A stretch of DNA of 64,000 nucleotides. Origin: an uncultured Parachlamydiaceae bacterium (GTDB lineage: Bacteria; Chlamydiota; Chlamydiia; Chlamydiales; Parachlamydiaceae). Shown piece by piece: positions 60,841-64,000 of the stretch; the first letter of the stretch is position 1, and the number at the start of each line of letters is the position of its first letter. Under the pieces are notes generated by a model that was not told where the DNA came from, made no database searches, and was given only the letters and a program-made list of their open reading frames with translations. The position numbers were made by a program, and so were the translations under genes. The stretch is from contig CAVVXH010000010.1 of the NCBI GenBank assembly GCA_963752155.1, positions 1 through 64,000 on the forward strand. The letters are read 5' to 3'.

Positions 60841-61367
60841 ACATTATTTTATGTGGACTCCCCATGAGTGGTAAGACGACGATTGGAAAAATGGTTGCTC
60901 AACAGCTAGATTATCATTTCATCGATACAGATCGCCTCATTGAAAAAGCTTATGTTGAGGAAAAACATCAAGCAAAATCTTGCCGTGAAATTTATCGAGA
61001 GCTAGGAGAAGTCAAATTTCGAGAATTCGAAAAACAACAAATTGCCACTTTGAAAGAATTAAATAGAACGGTTCTTGCACTAGGTGGGGGAACTTTGGAA
61101 GATGTTGAAAATGTGTTCAAATTAAAGGAAGTGGGTTTGATGATTTATTTGAAAGCTCCTATCGATGTTCTTTGGACCAGAATGAGTCTTCAAAACATTC
61201 CAGCCTATTTGGATCCAAAAGATCCTGAAAAAGCATTTTATGAATTAGCTAAAAAGCGTTTACCTTTATATGAAAATGCTGCACAGCTTGTTGTCGAGAC
61301 AACACAGTTAAGTGAGCAAGAGATCGTTAATAATATAATGAATAGGAAGTTAACAGATGGCGAGTAA
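60837..61367 (+). CDS. aroK: Shikimate kinase
   Basis: GLPMSGKTT, DTD, GE..FR..E, LGGG, RLPLY. Confidence 0.95.
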   Translation: MNIILCGLPMSGKTTIGKMVAQQLDYHFIDTDRLIEKAYVEEKHQAKSCREIYRELGEVKFREFEKQQIATLKELNRTVLALGGGTLEDVENVFKLKEVGLMIYLKAPIDVLWTRMSLQNIPAYLDPKDPEKAFYELAKKRLPLYENAAQLVVETTQLSEQEIVNNIMNRKLTDGE

Positions 61368-62449
61368 TCATTTTGGAAATATTTTTAAAATTACGACATG
61401 GGGAGAGTCCCATGGAAAGGCTATAGGTGTCGTGATCGATGGGTGTCCGGCAGGACTCGAGCTTGATGTGAGCGAAATTAATTCAGCCCTAGCCTTGCGT
61501 GCACCTGGAAGAAATCCTTATACTTCCCCAAGAACTGAAACAGATCAAGCAGAAATTTTTTCCGGGGTGTTTGAAGGAAAAACAACAGGAGCGCCAATAA
61601 GTATCATTATTCCAAATAGGGATGCAGATTCAACGAAGTATGAACCGATTAAAGATCTCCTTAGGCCGGGACATGCGAATTTTACCTATTTGGAAAAATA
61701 TGGGATTTTTGATTATCGGGGAGGGGGCCGGGCATCTGCACGTGAAACTGCCAGTCGCGTTGCAGCTGGAGCTGTAGCCAAGAAGCTACTGAAATACAAT
61801 GAAATTCAGGTTATTGCCTATCATTAAACAGATTGGGGAAGTAGAAGCTATTCCTAACCGAGAAGATTTTGAACAGTTGCATGAAGCTATCTATGAAAGC
61901 CCTTTATTTTGCCCTGATGCGAATGCTACACAAAAGATGATTCATCTTATTGAAAAAGTCAAGGATGATGGGGATTCACTTGGAGGTGTCGTTGAATTTT
62001 ATGCCTTTGGAGTTCCTGTTGGGTTAGGAGATCCAGTCTATGAAAAATTGGAAGCTAATTTAGCTCAAGCTCTGATGACGTTGCCTGCTACAAAAGGATT
62101 TGAAATTGGTTCAGGTTTTAGTTCAGTAAGGATGCTTGCATCAGAACACAATGATCTTTTTAGCAATGAAAAGGATAAAATAGAGACTAAAACAAATTAT
62201 GCAGGTGGAACATTGGGAGGGATTTCCAGTGGAATGCCGATCGTTGGTAGAGTTGCTTTTAAACCGACCTCGAGCATTAAAAAGCCTCAGGCGACTTTGA
62301 CAAGATCAGGGGAACGTTCATCTTTTAAATTGCCTGAAGGTTCGCGTCATGATCCATGTGTTGCGATTCGTGCGGTGCCGGTTGTTGAGGCTATGGTTGC
62401 GCTGGTATTGGTAGATGCCATTCTCATGAATAGGAGCGTTAGGATTTAG
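61357..62449 (+). CDS. aroC: Chorismate synthase (apparent frameshift near 61823)
   Basis: WGESHG, RPGHA, GGGRASARET, DSLGG, GGISSG, FKPTSSI, RHDPC split over two ORFs. Confidence 0.95.
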
Positions 62450-62549
62450 ATCTTGCATGTAAAGTATTGTCACACGAAATAGTAAAGATTTTGAACGATT
62501 AAATATTCCACTTATTAATCCCTGGCTATAGCAGGGTTCGATCGTTTGT

Positions 62550-62924
62550 CCGCGGCGTTCCCTATCGGGAAATAACAAATTTTTAAAGCGCCTTGCCATT
62601 GGTGCCTGACCTGATATTCTGACATTTGCCTAAAATGTAATGTAACCTCCAAGGAGGGCAAATGTCAGAATGTCAGGTCTGGAACCAAGGCCAGAACGTT
62701 ACCTCTCAGAATTAAGTATCTTGTTATTAATTGAAAACGACGCTTTTGCTTCTTTCAGTTTCGTAAAACTTGGGGGTAACGTTCCAGCCTTGGTTCCAGA
62801 CCTGACATTCTGACATTTGCCCTCCTGGGAGGTTACGTTATCATTTTAGGCAAATGTCAGAATATCAGGTCAGGCACCAATGGCAAGGCGCTATTTTTAA
62901 AAAAGCAAACTTGTTATTTAGGAG
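62550..62924. repeat. Double palindrome-B cassette (B at 62588-62700 and 62778-62891)
   Basis: Two B copies between CCCTATCGGGAAATAACAA and TTGTTATTTAGGAG ends. Confidence 0.9.
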
Positions 62925-63001
62925 GAATTAGAGTAGGGGCGGAGATTAACCCACCTCTACTCTAATGCCTTGCGTTTAGTTATTTCTGAAATGACAAGTT
63001 T

Positions 63002-63042
63002 GTGGTAGATGTCACAGAGTTGACATCTACCACTGTTTATTT
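63002..63042. terminator. Hairpin between the convergent aro operon and SPFH gene
   Basis: GTGGTAGATGTCA-CAGAGT-TGACATCTACCAC perfect 13-bp stem, T-rich on the + side. Confidence 0.55.
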
Positions 63043-63885
63043 AACTTGAATAAAAGGAGTTGCTCCGCTTGTTACAGAAGGAAGTTTGCCATCCCATTTT
63101 TGAACAGCTTGCCATTGGATCAGTTCCGGTGTAACTGATTGTGATAAAATGGTATTTGCTTTCGCTTCAGATTCAGCTTGTAATAAAACACACTGAGCCT
63201 GACCTGATGCTTTAGCGACTTGCTTTTTTGCCTCAGCTTCGGCTTCTCTCAACTCGTTTTCTCTTTGCTGTGCTCTTTGAATAGCTTCAATTTTCTGGTT
63301 AAGGGCAACAACAACCGTTTCAGGAAAATGAAATCTTCCAATAAGATAGATCCTAGATATCTCAAATCCAATTCCACGTAATTCTTCCCTCACTTGGCTT
63401 TGTACTTGATCAAAAAAAGTTTCTTTGCTTTCTCCATATAAATCTTCGATCTTCATTTTTGAAGCAGATTTATTGATCGCATCACGAATGTAGTTGCGTA
63501 TAAAAGTGTGGGTGATTTCATCCATTCCTCTTCGGTATTTAGCAAATATATTTGGAATAGAATCTGGTCGAATATGAAAAGTAATGCCAATATCAGCAGA
63601 AATGGCAAGTCCTTCTGACGTTTGAAAGTTAAATGCGTCTTTCCCTTCCCATGTGTGATTTTGTTCAAAAATTGGAAATTGATACACAGTTTTCCAAGGG
63701 GAAATCCAATGCACACCAACGTGCAATTCCTTTGCCTCAACACCTTTAGAATCGCCAAGCATATCTACAACGACTCCAACATAACCAGGACTAATCATCT
63801 TAAAAAAGAAAAGCCAACAAATAATAAAAGTAAACAAGATAGCGACCCCTAAAATGCCAAGGGAACCTTTAGTAGATTTCATCAT
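63037..63885 (-). CDS. SPFH/band 7/prohibitin domain protein
   Basis: N-terminal TM, PGYVGVVV, AEAEA coiled coil, QKWDGKLP; GAGGT SD before 63885. Confidence 0.9.
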   Translation of the reverse strand: MMKSTKGSLGILGVAILFTFIICWLFFFKMISPGYVGVVVDMLGDSKGVEAKELHVGVHWISPWKTVYQFPIFEQNHTWEGKDAFNFQTSEGLAISADIGITFHIRPDSIPNIFAKYRRGMDEITHTFIRNYIRDAINKSASKMKIEDLYGESKETFFDQVQSQVREELRGIGFEISRIYLIGRFHFPETVVVALNQKIEAIQRAQQRENELREAEAEAKKQVAKASGQAQCVLLQAESEAKANTILSQSVTPELIQWQAVQKWDGKLPSVTSGATPFIQVK

Positions 63886-64000
63886 AACCTCATAATTGCT
63901 TTTAATTACCACAACCATTATACACGTTTTCGATATTTTTTGCTATTTGAAAGTATGGATTCTGTTGAAATTTCCAAAAAAAGCGCTTAATTTAAAATCA

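Noticed and set aside
63037..63885. Prophage edge suggested by the SPFH gene type
   Set aside because: No integrase, structural or other phage genes in the window.

Overview
AT-rich bacterial chromosome segment. The gene content (secA, recD2, recJ, PLD, a SycD-type chaperone, an Inc-like protein and many ankyrin/LRR eukaryote-like proteins) suggests an environmental chlamydia (Parachlamydiales-like); this is inference, not a database result. Left third: candidate host-directed effectors (an ankyrin-patatin missed by the ORF track, a tandem pair of ~100 kDa GTPases, an ankyrin/CE-clan-protease-like protein, a permuted papain-like protein) and an operon coupling a stand-alone DUF2156 aminoacyl-transferase domain to an ABC/MFP/OMF exporter. 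Middle: housekeeping genes, tRNA-Arg(ACG), a glycosyltransferase/flippase cluster, dps and pgm. Right: LRR and ankyrin paralogs, then an aromatic amino acid operon (DAHP synthase-pheA-CM/tyrA-aminotransferase-aroA-aroK-aroC). Best finding: the operon leader holds TWO complete ribosome-dependent attenuators in tandem, with leader peptides MSQQLYFYFYYLPTWREAD and MSLINSIKTLPSTNCYFYFFFYFTPPIGGSP, each with its own antiterminator and terminator. Other highlights: a hydrolase gene whose ATG directly abuts the tRNA discriminator base, an ankyrin effector with a C-terminal CaaX box that its twin lacks, and nested, modular palindromic repeats, some of which supply protein C-termini. Many single-base frameshifts in secA and the aro genes are most likely sequencing errors.
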